64,000 nt of DNA from Candidatus Latescibacterota bacterium (GTDB lineage: Bacteria > Latescibacterota > UBA2968 > GCA-2709665). The notes beneath the pieces are model-generated. The model made no database searches, was not told the origin of the DNA, and saw only the letters and a program-made list of their open reading frames with translations. Made by a program: the position numbers and the translations under genes. Position 1 is the stretch's first letter. Each line of letters begins with the position of its first letter. The stretch covers positions 3,936,001 to 4,000,000 of the forward strand of contig OZ250150.1 of the NCBI GenBank assembly GCA_965237675.1, read 5' to 3'. This document shows, piece after piece, positions 20,301 to 28,548 of this stretch.

Positions 20301-20850
20301 TTGCACGCCGCTAACCGTCCACAATTTCGACGGGTCGTTTCGCTGGTCCACGTTCGAGCAGGTTGGATCGGATGGCAACGCGACAACGCCGAGGCGCGGC
20401 ATCTGCCTGAAACATATGGTTGTATGTGATCTTGATCGCGACGGGATCCTTGAAATTGTCTATGGCACGGAGGATGGCTGGGTCTATGCCGTCAAACCGC
20501 ACGATGGAGCGGAACTCTGGCACATCAATCTCGTGGGAGAAATCACGGGAATTGTCGTTAAGAAGGACGTCCTGATTGTCGCGTGCGAATACGGCGCGCT
20601 TTATGGATTCGATTTTCACGGCAACATGAAATGGCGAAATCACGAAGCGCAATGGATCCACGCGCTCGCTGAATCCCGTGGCGTGATCGCCGTCGCGGCG
20701 AACCGGCGGGAAATCCGGACGTATGACATCGAGGGACGTTGTCAGGGTTTGTTGGAAATGCCCGCGAACGTCTCGTCGCTCGTCGCCGGCGAGAACGGTT
20801 TCGTGTGTTGCACAGGGCGGGGGCTCACCGCGCTTGATCTTCCGTCCTGA
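17308..20850 (+). CDS. Large hypothetical protein: heparinase II/III-like core plus C-terminal FG-GAP/PQQ-like beta-propeller
   Basis: QNH, HGHEDTN and HNSV resemble PL12/15/17-type lyase motifs; repeated DIDGDG/DTDGDG/DLDRDG Ca-binding repeats and G-x-x-x-W propeller motifs. Confidence 0.55.
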   Translation: MTDPELRLTRSRGFRPTNLAEDILLVVPDDMLRRPSVARVREAFGQVGQLPETIPERDFQQAFFREKQVIACGNLANNRAIQRLYTARCCFVDTFFPGTNGYFVKSISDPFGFDRNCIVVGASTEEGLEAALAVFRDIVATSSGSLDRVHAASFDHELPGRPDASETDRMVRDDLAIWGTGWSASPFRGGRVLSYLWHYYLTDHPVWARAAVDILKGSIEPWRAECRAHPEAYHCFFNLHSYIHLWDLVEDSPLFIPEDRLGAVTMFGELLRHLMTLSYVSEEVNPPGEIRQNHTTYIGLNLAVGGDYMIRRHGIAEFQRANVIARRIFEGQMDCYKPDDDGGVGYTWHVPQETLSYFLYRGDDRYIAGGHVSDLCKLAVLTTDNMRSECGYGDTSGYARFSTDGWEARLWPLMVSTWHDPNPEHLWTLNWLGQGKRPPLDRVLHGLYSAIGYVDDGFAVGGVEPEAPRELLGICVMDMPQAVLDWVRRHVPRAHHPDPGKRYFDKLSLRRNFLPGGEYLLLEGLGTTCHGHEDTNAIVRLTWNNRAWLADGDYIRAAPRFHNSVVVMREGVGVLESPGAGVVIPPLASLNTSNGGSELAMVRTEAAGYNGVDWQRDIFWRKGRYMVIMDRLRCYEAGHYNLQCLWRMVGDTELGEDGVRIRQKGEGFHIRNVDGSAQEIVPDPHVKSRWGTYPFADGKLSVLHQRMGCPLDAGTSFTFMNLLTPDPDIRLERLGPEAVKVTDGDEVTLLGAGTLELDDLELSGSMFACLARDNRVVVQGIERLAGREVDSLEQVLDRPDLAAGIRSAREASAVSPPTDTPLVSRGLTQRWRREFPADIRDISVSGDGRLLLANGGKVGCLVASTGATVWSRPVEGEGGASRVHASDIDGDGNSEALVGTSDSQLIVLAGDSGEERWRRGLENMWNRGMRVSDIAVADLEGNGDLSVLAGTEGWFVNAFGHDGTPKWAEWFRYHAITALKVEDTDGDGRAEILVGTEYCTPLTVHNFDGSFRWSTFEQVGSDGNATTPRRGICLKHMVVCDLDRDGILEIVYGTEDGWVYAVKPHDGAELWHINLVGEITGIVVKKDVLIVACEYGALYGFDFHGNMKWRNHEAQWIHALAESRGVIAVAANRREIRTYDIEGRCQGLLEMPANVSSLVAGENGFVCCTGRGLTALDLPS

Positions 20851-20954
20851 AAGCGAACACCGCTCCGACGCGATTATTCCTTACCGGAAAACACCACAGG
20901 AAAACCGAGAGGACTTACTGTAAAACATATGTTGAAGGCATGAATTTAAATTTG

Positions 20955-20967
20955 CCTGATTAATTCA
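20955..20967 (+). mobile_element. Orphan IS1380-like terminal inverted repeat split by intron A (continues at 25504-25513)
   Basis: Joining the flanks gives CCTGATTAATTCA|TGAATTGTCA, 22/23 identical to the IS end at 22395 (CCTGATTAATTCATGAATCGTCA). Confidence 0.65.
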
Positions 20968-21080
20968 GTAGAGTCGAGATGTGGCGCGGTGGTTTAGGAG
21001 GTGCCTATCTGTTTCCGCCCCTTTCGTCTGGCGGTGCCTCAATAGCCTCTCCGTGCTCCGTCTCCACCTCCCGCTCGTCG

Positions 21081-21939
21081 GTAGGGTCGAGAACTGGCGC
21101 GCCGACGGTAGGGTCCGGTGGCCGTTCCACCGCTTTCGCGATGGGCCTCAGTCCGGCTCCCGTGGTCACGTTTCCAACTCCCGCCGCGTCAAACCCGGCG
21201 TGCCGTTTGCCGGCACCGGGCTTTCCTGCTGATTTCCTCTCAAGGGTTATGGGACCTATTGTACCGGAGTGGCTTTCGGCCCGTGGTCGTCAACCCGATA
21301 CTCAGAAAAGAGTTCGAGTCCTTTGTATAGCCACTGCCTACTCCACCGCTTCCAGCCAAATCAGCCTTCGCCTTGAGATATATTCTCCTTCTCAGGTCCT
21401 GCACCTTGATGGGCGTGTTTGTCATTCCGCCCGTGCCTCCCTTTTTGTTGGAGAATGGTCAACAGCAGGGCGCCTTCGCTCCACGGGCATTACCCCACTT
21501 CTTCGCTACTACGCGCCCCTCCGCCACCCTCTCACCTTCAGCCCCCTTCCCGGTGTCTCCGGTTATAGGGCTTACCTTGCTCTGGCGATTTCGCGCCAGG
21601 GCGAGGAGGGCTTCTCCAGTTGCTCGGTATGTCCTTGTCAACGTGCCATCGCTACCACCCCGCCGAAGTGGGGCAGCCGTCTCATTCAGCATTCGGCTGC
21701 CCATGCTGCCTTCGCCCTCTGGTTGTGGGCTCGGCCTTCGGGCCTTCGCACTTTCGGGGCCACCTCTGCGTTCACTGCGCGTTACGGCCCAATGACTCGC
21801 TATCTCCCCCAGGGAGACTCTGTCGATAGGCTTCAGGATTTTGGTTTCCCGCCACCCTGCTATCCAAGCTACGGGGCTGCTGACTCTTACCCCGGCAGGA
21901 CTGTCTCCTGCTGAACATGCCAGCCTTCGCTGGACACAC
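21081..21939 (-). mobile_element. Group II intron B (859 nt, RT ORF internally deleted), inserted in domain V of intron A
   Basis: 5' GTGTG at 21939; 3' TCGACCCTAC at 21081; own domain V AAGCCCGGTGCCGGCAAACGGCACGCCGGGTTTG at about 21190-21224; removing it restores intron A domain V. Confidence 0.88.
21240..21425 (-). pseudogene. Remnant of intron B reverse transcriptase/maturase
   Basis: MTNTPIKVQDLRRRIYLKAKAD (IEP N-terminus) joined out of frame to FGWKRWSRQWLYKGLELFSEYRV (IEP C-terminus). Confidence 0.75.
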
Positions 21940-21970
<31 letters not shown>

Positions 21971-22645
21971 CTCGGACAAGGATTCATGCGTTCGCCCACG
22001 GAAGGTTGCGCGTCTGCACTTCCAGCCGGGCCAGTCCCAGGGTATCGTAGAGGACCTCGTAAGGGAAGCGTGAGGTTCCCTTTCCCGGTATCCTATGCTT
22101 GTTGCACAACCACCAGCGGAGCCGATGTCGGGTGTGGGCATCCCCACTCCGGTAGGCTTTGCTGACCGGTCCAAGACAGAAGTAGTTGCCCCAGCCTACC
22201 AGCTTTCGGTTCAGGTGGGCAATCCGTTCTTGAAGGTCTTTCAGCAACCACCGTCGCGCCGTTGCCTCGCTGATGGCCTGGCAGATGCGCCGGATGGCCT
22301 TCTTTGACGGGCGCGTGCCCAGGTAGGCCCTGCCCGTTTTTGGCGAGTAACAGCGTGAGATGGTGTAGCCCAGAAAGTCAAATCGTCCTTCTAACCTGAT
22401 TAATTCATGAATCGTCAGATAATGCATTTTAAGGAAGCAGAAAGAGCTTGCGAGTGAGACGAGAAACGAAAGAGCACGGGCTGGACGGATTTGGCGTGTT
22501 CAAGCCGTGTGGGCGGCGCCTGCTGGCAGCACGTTTGCCCCGTGGCGTCAGGTTTCCCTGAATTCCGCTGTCAAAAGCACAGACGTCTCCATGTCCCTTG
22601 GTCGTGTCGCTCCAAACGTGAAGGCGGGGTCAGCACGTCGATGGG

Positions 22646-23989
22646 TTATGGAACATCCGTTGCCAGATTATAGAGGATCTTGCCGTAAAGGTGTTTGAGT
22701 GGAAACGCCGTTGGGAGATGGAACTTGATCCTGGTTTTCAACTCACAAACGCGCCCGGCGACTTTCAAGAGACGATTTTGCAGGGTATTGAACTGTGCGT
22801 TGGTCCACTTCGTGCCGCGCAACCCGGTTTGTGCCAAGGCGTGCATCAGGACATAGGCGGCGCTGTGGAGAAAGAGACGGAAGTGATTGGCCTGGAAGGT
22901 GTGACAAGAGGTGCGATCGGAATGGAGAAAGGTCTTGTGATTTTTGATGAAGTTTTCCATCCTGCCGCGTGCGCAATAGGCGGTTTTGTAGATGAATGAC
23001 GGTTGGGCGCGCTTCAGGTTGGTGACCACGAATCGGATATTGTCACCTTGCGGCGTCACCTCCGCCTTGCAGATGATGCGTTGTGGACAAGCCCCATGTT
23101 TTGGCCTGATAGGGCCAACAGCGATAAAGGCGCACGGTTTTTCCCGAAGCGGCATACAGCGTTTTGGCCTGGTCCATCAAGGACTGTGCCGAGCGCAGGA
23201 GTTTGGCGTTGCCGTTCTGTCCGAGGACAAAATACACATCTTCTTCCTCACACAACACGTGCACTTCCGGACACGAAAAATGAGCATCGCCACGTAACAG
23301 GATCGCCACGTCGGGCCAGGCGCGACGCAGGTAGGCGATCACCCGTTTGAGGATGGTGACGATCTCTTTACCCGTGGGCCGCCTGCCAGGACGCAAGACC
23401 GTCGTGATCAACTTGCCCGTCTGGCCTTCATAGATATGCAGGGGCTGGTAGCAATAGCCATTGAAATACGCATTGAACAACGACAACTGTTGAGACCCAT
23501 ACACCTTGTCTTCCGTGTCATCGATATCCAACAGAATGGCTTCGGGCGGTTCCTCATACGAGGCGACAAACACATCCGCAAAGGCCTTGGCGATCCGATA
23601 CAAATCGGTTCTGCTGATCCGGTTCTCGAACCGACTCATCGTGGGCTGACTGGCCAGATCCGCACCGGAAAGCGGCAACCGATCACAGGCCGCCTTGAAG
23701 CCGGGATCCTCGCGCAACGTCTTGCAATCGTTCGCATCCTCATAGCCACAGGCCATCTGAAAGACACGTTGTTTGATCAGGTCCGTCATCGAATGATGTA
23801 CGTAATTTGATGCCGATGATCGGTGAGCGCCGCAACCATCCGATGCAAAATGCCGATTCTGGCCTCCGCCTCACGAAGCAGCATCACCCCGACGTCGGTC
23901 GTCAGCACGCCCCCGTCGAACGTGGCTTCTACCTGCCTACCAGAAAGACTTGCGAAAGACAACCTGTGATGTGTATCTTGATCTCCCAC
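22646..23989 (-). pseudogene. IS1380 transposase with two frameshifts
   Basis: FDGGVLTTDVG, GYEDAND, LASQPTMSRFEN, LDIDDT, LRGDAHF, YCARGRMENFIK spread over three ORFs; frameshifts near 23805 and 23093. Confidence 0.85.
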
Positions 23990-23990
23990 G

Positions 23991-24070
23991 GTAGTTTCCT
24001 CCTGTTTCATTGTTATTAGGTTATTTGCGTAACCATAATATAATACAATGACTTGGGTATGGAAACTACC
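23991..24070 (-). promoter_or_regulatory. Hairpin overlapping the transposase SD/start region
   Basis: GGTAGTTTCC (23991-24000) and GGAAACTACC (24061-24070) are inverted repeats; one arm lies between AGGAGG and the GTG start. Confidence 0.5.
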
Positions 24071-25595
24071 TTTTTTGTGAATTTTTCAGGCTAAAAGCGT
24101 GCACACGCTTGTCTTCGTCTCATTGACCGTCAACTTAAGCGCTTTCATGATGGATCGCATCACGCGCATCGCTTCTTGTGCAGTGCCGCGACAACAGATC
24201 ACATAATCGTCCGCGTAGTTGACAATATGAGCCTTCAGGCGCTGCTGATGTCCCAGAAGCTGCCATCCCAAAATGAACCGGCGCATATACAGGTTCGCCA
24301 TCAACGGGGAGAGGGGGGCGCCTTGCGGTATCCCCCTTCCCTGATCCTTGTTCGGCGTTGTTCGCTGCTTCCGACCCCGCGCGTCTGTCTCCTCGACCGG
24401 GGCCGTCAGCCACATCTTGATCAGGCGCAGCATCCTCCCGTCCGAGATGCGCCGCGCTACCGATTTCATCAACTCGGCGTGCGGGATCGTGTCGAAGTAG
24501 CCGCTCAAGTCGGCGTCGATGACCTGCGTGTGGCCTGTATTTACCAGACCGTGTACCGCCCTGATGGCGTCGTGCGCACTCCGTTTCGGACGGTAGGCAT
24601 ACTGCTGCGATGGCAGGTCCGCTTCAAAGATCGGCTCCAAGACCAGCATCGCTGCACTTTGCACCACACGGTCCTTGACCGTCGGGATACCAAGCGGTCG
24701 CTGCCTGCCGTCCGCCTTGGGGATGTAGACCCGACGGATCGGAGACGCTCGATACGATTTGCTTCTGACGGCTTCCGCCAGTTCACCCAACCACCCGTCA
24801 CGTCCATATGACTCGATGTCCGCAAAGGTCTCTCCGTCCACACCCGCCGCGCCGCCATTGGCCTTGCAGCTGCGGTAGGCATAAAGCAGGATGTCCTCGC
24901 GATACACCTTGTCATATAGCGCGTAGAATCGGTAATCGGGCGATTCCTTCGCTTTGGCATGCAACGTCCTCTGCAGCTTCCGAACCTTTTCCGGAGGTCT
25001 TAGGCGCATACCAATCTCCCGGCTCTCGCTCCTTTGACGTTGCCCTTGAACCAAGGCCCCTTTCCTCCACCGGCATTACCCGGCTTCACAGGTACTACGG
25101 GCCTCTCCGCCACCCCTCTCGGCCCGGCCTGGCCCTCGCGGGTTGCCGGTTGGTGGCCATCCACCACCGTTGGGGCTTCCCGTGTTGCCTCGGATCTCCT
25201 TGTATGCAAGCCGTCGCCATTACCCCGGCGGGACCGTTGGGTGCTCCCGTTGCCTTCTTCCCCAACGACGGCGGCCTTCCCCGAAATTCAGGCGGGTCGG
25301 CTCCCGCATTACCTTTTTCGAGGCCTGCTCAGCGTTCACACACGTTTCGGCCCGCATACTCGCCAAGTCGCCTTGCGACCCTCTACACCGGAGGCTTCGG
25401 AGATGTCGTTACCTGCGTCCCCGCTCCGATTGCTACCGACTGTGGCAACATTTGTCGGGTGGGACTCTCACCCACTGGAGTTCCGCGCCTTTTCACGGCG
25501 CACTGAATTGTCACGGTTAGCTGGTTTCCTCGCGAATCAACCAACGCGACGCCAGCACAGTGGCTTGTCGAGCCTTTGAGGAGACGTGTGTGAGT

Positions 25596-25620
25596 GTGGG
25601 GCAGACATTCCGGTCTGCCC
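25596..25620 (+). repeat. REP-like palindrome (GTGG type)
   Basis: GTGG-GGCAGAC-ATTCCG-GTCTGCC-C. Confidence 0.5.
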
Positions 25621-25831
25621 TCGGCATTGCCGTTCTGCCGGAACGCAGACAGAAGAAAGACCTACGTCATCCTTTGTCCAGTGGCAAAAAACGGGGTCGC
25701 GTCCTGGCGACTCCAGACACAGGATGGTGTGGTGTGGGTTTGATGTATATGAGCAGACGAAGATGGGATTGACTCGATTTGGTGGACACCCATCTTCTTG
25801 TTATTTTGATGGGAAGAAAGGAGCGATTGAG

Positions 25832-26260
25832 ATGAGGGAGGATCTTGAAGGTCGTAATGTTTGTTTAAGAATGGCAAGGACGCAGGTAGATAGATCGTTA
25901 GAATTGACGTGGTCGATCTATGGTACGAATGTAAAGGCGTTAATTTCGTTTGAAGACAAGCGTACGAATCGAATCGCTAAATGGGTTCTGAAAAGAAGCG
26001 TTAGTAAGAGTTCGAAGAATGCAGTGTTTCAGGCAGGATTGGCGACAAGAGCGGTGGAGAACATCATAGCGGAGTTTGGAAGGGATGACGTTAGTGGATT
26101 TGTTGCGGACAACATCGATGACTGGATGAGAAAGGTAAATGAGACCGAGGATGAAATGAAAGCAATGGTTGAGATGACAAGAGTGTGTTACGAGATTACG
26201 AGAAAAGCTAAGGAAGCGTTAAAAAGAATAGCGGGGGACCGGCCGATAGGCGGCGGCTAA
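25832..26260 (+). CDS. Hypothetical protein (142 aa)
   Basis: ATG after AAGGAG; very A/G-rich, C-poor coding strand; no recognisable motif. Confidence 0.55.
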   Translation: MREDLEGRNVCLRMARTQVDRSLELTWSIYGTNVKALISFEDKRTNRIAKWVLKRSVSKSSKNAVFQAGLATRAVENIIAEFGRDDVSGFVADNIDDWMRKVNETEDEMKAMVEMTRVCYEITRKAKEALKRIAGDRPIGGG

Positions 26261-26459
26261 CGTGCACCTGAGTTGTATAATCATGAATGAACGGTCCTGG
26301 CCGTGTCAAGGGTTTTGGAATGCGTGTTGATTCGTCGTTGATCGTGTGCGTCTATAGTAAATATCGTCGTACGACAGTAATGCCTTCCATTTTTTAACCT
26401 TACGACGGTTTTTTCCAAGGCTGCACGAATTGCAGGCAATGTGCGTGCAAACAACAGAA

Positions 26460-26487
26460 AACCGGTATAAGATATATTATGTAAACT
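26460..26487 (+). other. dif site (XerC/XerD chromosome dimer resolution)
   Basis: AACCGGTATAA-GATATA-TTATGTAAACT in 11-6-11 layout; right arm matches the Bacillus-type XerD arm; intergenic; near the gene-orientation switch. Confidence 0.78.
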
Positions 26488-26533
26488 TACGCCTGTCGTT
26501 GACAGGTCTGTCTCCCTTTAATCTGCGGTCGTT

Positions 26534-27202
26534 CTATTCAAGAGACCCTTCCTGCTTACCTCTGTCCTGCAGTACGGTTATTTCGGTTCTCAATCGCCCT
26601 ATTTCCCTGTTTTTGGCCGCCAGGTCCTCTTTGAATGCGTCGCAGCTGTTTTCAAGAATCCTGTTTTTCTCTCTCAGGCGTTTCCGCTCACCTCCGAGCC
26701 TGTCCAGTTCTTTTCTGAGCCAATGCGCCGCCAAAACCGCCGCCTCCCGGGTTTTGTCTGATGCGCGGAGGTTTTCTCGCAAACCCTCGACGTCACCTTT
26801 GTATTTTCGTGCTTCGGTCCATCCGGATGCGGACGAAGCCTCGAGTTGGGTCTGGCGTTCGCTCAACGCTTTAAGTTCGATCATGCGTTCACTCAGTGTC
26901 CTCTCAACGGCCTCGAGTTTGCCCACCCGCTGTTGCAACCGGTCGTAGTCGTCCCGCTGGAGTTGCACATAGGGTTCGTTTTGAAGCCGTTCCAGATTTT
27001 CATATTCTATTATTTTTCCATATTTTTTCCGGTATATTTCTAATAAATTTCCCCGCGGAATTCTCCACGAACCATTCCACTTTTGGGCGTTCAGAAATTC
27101 ACGATCTATATAGTTTCGCACGGTTTTTGTGGTCACTTTGAGGATATTTGCCGCTTGTTCAATGGTCAAATATTGCGGCTGATCGTTCCCTGGATCGGAC
27201 AT
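26534..27202 (-). CDS. HTH_17/MerR-like DNA-binding protein with long coiled coil
   Basis: YLTIEQAANILKVTTKTVRNYI...WRIP excisionase-type HTH, then a heptad-rich C-terminus; SD GGAGG. Confidence 0.75.
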   Translation of the reverse strand: MSDPGNDQPQYLTIEQAANILKVTTKTVRNYIDREFLNAQKWNGSWRIPRGNLLEIYRKKYGKIIEYENLERLQNEPYVQLQRDDYDRLQQRVGKLEAVERTLSERMIELKALSERQTQLEASSASGWTEARKYKGDVEGLRENLRASDKTREAAVLAAHWLRKELDRLGGERKRLREKNRILENSCDAFKEDLAAKNREIGRLRTEITVLQDRGKQEGSLE

Positions 27203-27320
27203 AGTACCTCCATTGTTACGTAATTATTACATTTATTTTCATGAATTATTATAAGAAATTTCATTCACAAATTCAACAACGATCTACAGGGTGGATTTTC
27301 CTTCCGGAAGGAACACAGAG

Positions 27321-28430
27321 ATGAAAAAAAGCGAGTTGAAACGCACCCCACTCTACGGGCAACATATCGCATTGAACGCGAAGATGGTCGAATTCGGCGG
27401 TTGGGAGATGCCGGTCCAATATTCCGGTATCGTTGCGGAACATCAAGCAGTGCGAACGGCCGCGGGCTTGTTCGACGTCAGCCACATGGGGCAGGTCCAG
27501 GTCTCCGGCGACGGAGCAAGGGAATTTTTACAATATCTGGCAGCCAACGACATCGAGAAGCTCGAAATCGGCAAATGTCAATATTCCTTCCTGCTAAACG
27601 AACGTGGCGGTACGATTGACGACATGATGGTCTACCGGACCGAAGCGGACACGTACGTTCTTGTTGTCAACGCGTCGAATGCAGATAGAGACTGGGCCCA
27701 CGTGTCATCCACAGGGGCTGGCCGAAAGGGAATTCACTTGGAGAACCGAAGCGGCACCTGGGCCCTGCTGGCATTCCAGGGTCCGGCTGCCGGCGAAATC
27801 CTATCGAAACTGACGTCCGACGACGTCGCGGCGCTTCGTTTCCACGATGTGCGTCCGTTTACCGTTGCCGGTGTGCCGGTAGTGCTCGCCGCGTCCGGTT
27901 ATACCGGCGAAAACGGCTTTGAGGTCTTCGTGTCGTCGGACGAGGTGGAACTGCTGTGGCGCGCACTCCTGGACGCGGGTAAAGACGCGGGAGCGGTACC
28001 GGTTGGTCTGGGCGCCCGGGATACGCTCCGGCTGGAGGCCTCGCTCGCCCTGTACGGGCACGAACTGGATGAGAATACGTCCCCGTTGGTGGCCAATCTC
28101 GGTTTCGCGGTGGCCAAGACCGGATCGTATATCGGTTCCGGCGCGATTCGGAAACAGATGGCGCGCGGCGTCGACAAAAGGCTCGTGATGCTGGAAATGA
28201 TCGACAGAGGCATCCCGCGCCAGGGTTACGAGATTCACCGATCAGACGGCACAACCACAGGCGTCGTCACCAGCGGGTCGGTCTCGCCCTGGTCCGGCAA
28301 GATCATCGCCATGGGCTTTGTGAGCCCGAAGCTGGCCAGGCCGGGCCGGGAACTGCTTGTGTCCGTCCGAAGCCGTCGGCTTCGAGCCAAGGTGGTTCGC
28401 AGGCCGTACTACAGGCGTCCGGGCAGCTAG
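27321..28430 (+). CDS. gcvT: Glycine cleavage system aminomethyltransferase T
   Basis: KRTPLY, FGGWEMPVQY, GLFDVSHMG, GYTGENGFE, GLGARDTLRLEA. Confidence 0.95.
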   Translation: MKKSELKRTPLYGQHIALNAKMVEFGGWEMPVQYSGIVAEHQAVRTAAGLFDVSHMGQVQVSGDGAREFLQYLAANDIEKLEIGKCQYSFLLNERGGTIDDMMVYRTEADTYVLVVNASNADRDWAHVSSTGAGRKGIHLENRSGTWALLAFQGPAAGEILSKLTSDDVAALRFHDVRPFTVAGVPVVLAASGYTGENGFEVFVSSDEVELLWRALLDAGKDAGAVPVGLGARDTLRLEASLALYGHELDENTSPLVANLGFAVAKTGSYIGSGAIRKQMARGVDKRLVMLEMIDRGIPRQGYEIHRSDGTTTGVVTSGSVSPWSGKIIAMGFVSPKLARPGRELLVSVRSRRLRAKVVRRPYYRRPGS

Positions 28431-28509
28431 TGTCCTCCCCCTACCATGCTCAGTTCGTTTTCTTGATTGACTGCAACCGGACTGTACGAATTTCAAATAC
28501 AATCAAAAG

Positions 28510-28544
28510 AAAAACCCGGAGTCGGTGGATGACTCCGGGTTTTT
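28510..28544. terminator. Bidirectional intrinsic terminator between gcvT and leuS
   Basis: AAAAACCCGGAGTC-GGTGGAT-GACTCCGGGTTTTT. Confidence 0.85.
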
Positions 28545-28548
28545 GGAT

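Larger units (their letters stand above)
22395..24090 (-). mobile_element. IS1380-family insertion sequence (1696 bp)
   Basis: Imperfect IRs CCTGATTAATTCATGA / CCTGAAAAATTCACAA; 4-bp direct repeat CTAA at 22391-22394 and 24091-24094; DDE_Tnp_1_4-like transposase. Confidence 0.9.
21984..25009 (-). pseudogene. ltrA: Intron A reverse transcriptase/maturase, split by IS1380 (parts 24091-25009 and 21984-22390)
   Basis: GAAGVDG, RPLGIPT, GIPQGAPLSP, YADD. Removing the IS and one TSD copy restores the frame (...VCTLLEGRFDFLGY...), about 441 aa with no endonuclease domain. Confidence 0.9.

Noticed and set aside
26270-26297. Second dif-like site (GAGTTGTATAA TCATGA...)
   Set aside because: Only one weak arm; no matching second arm.
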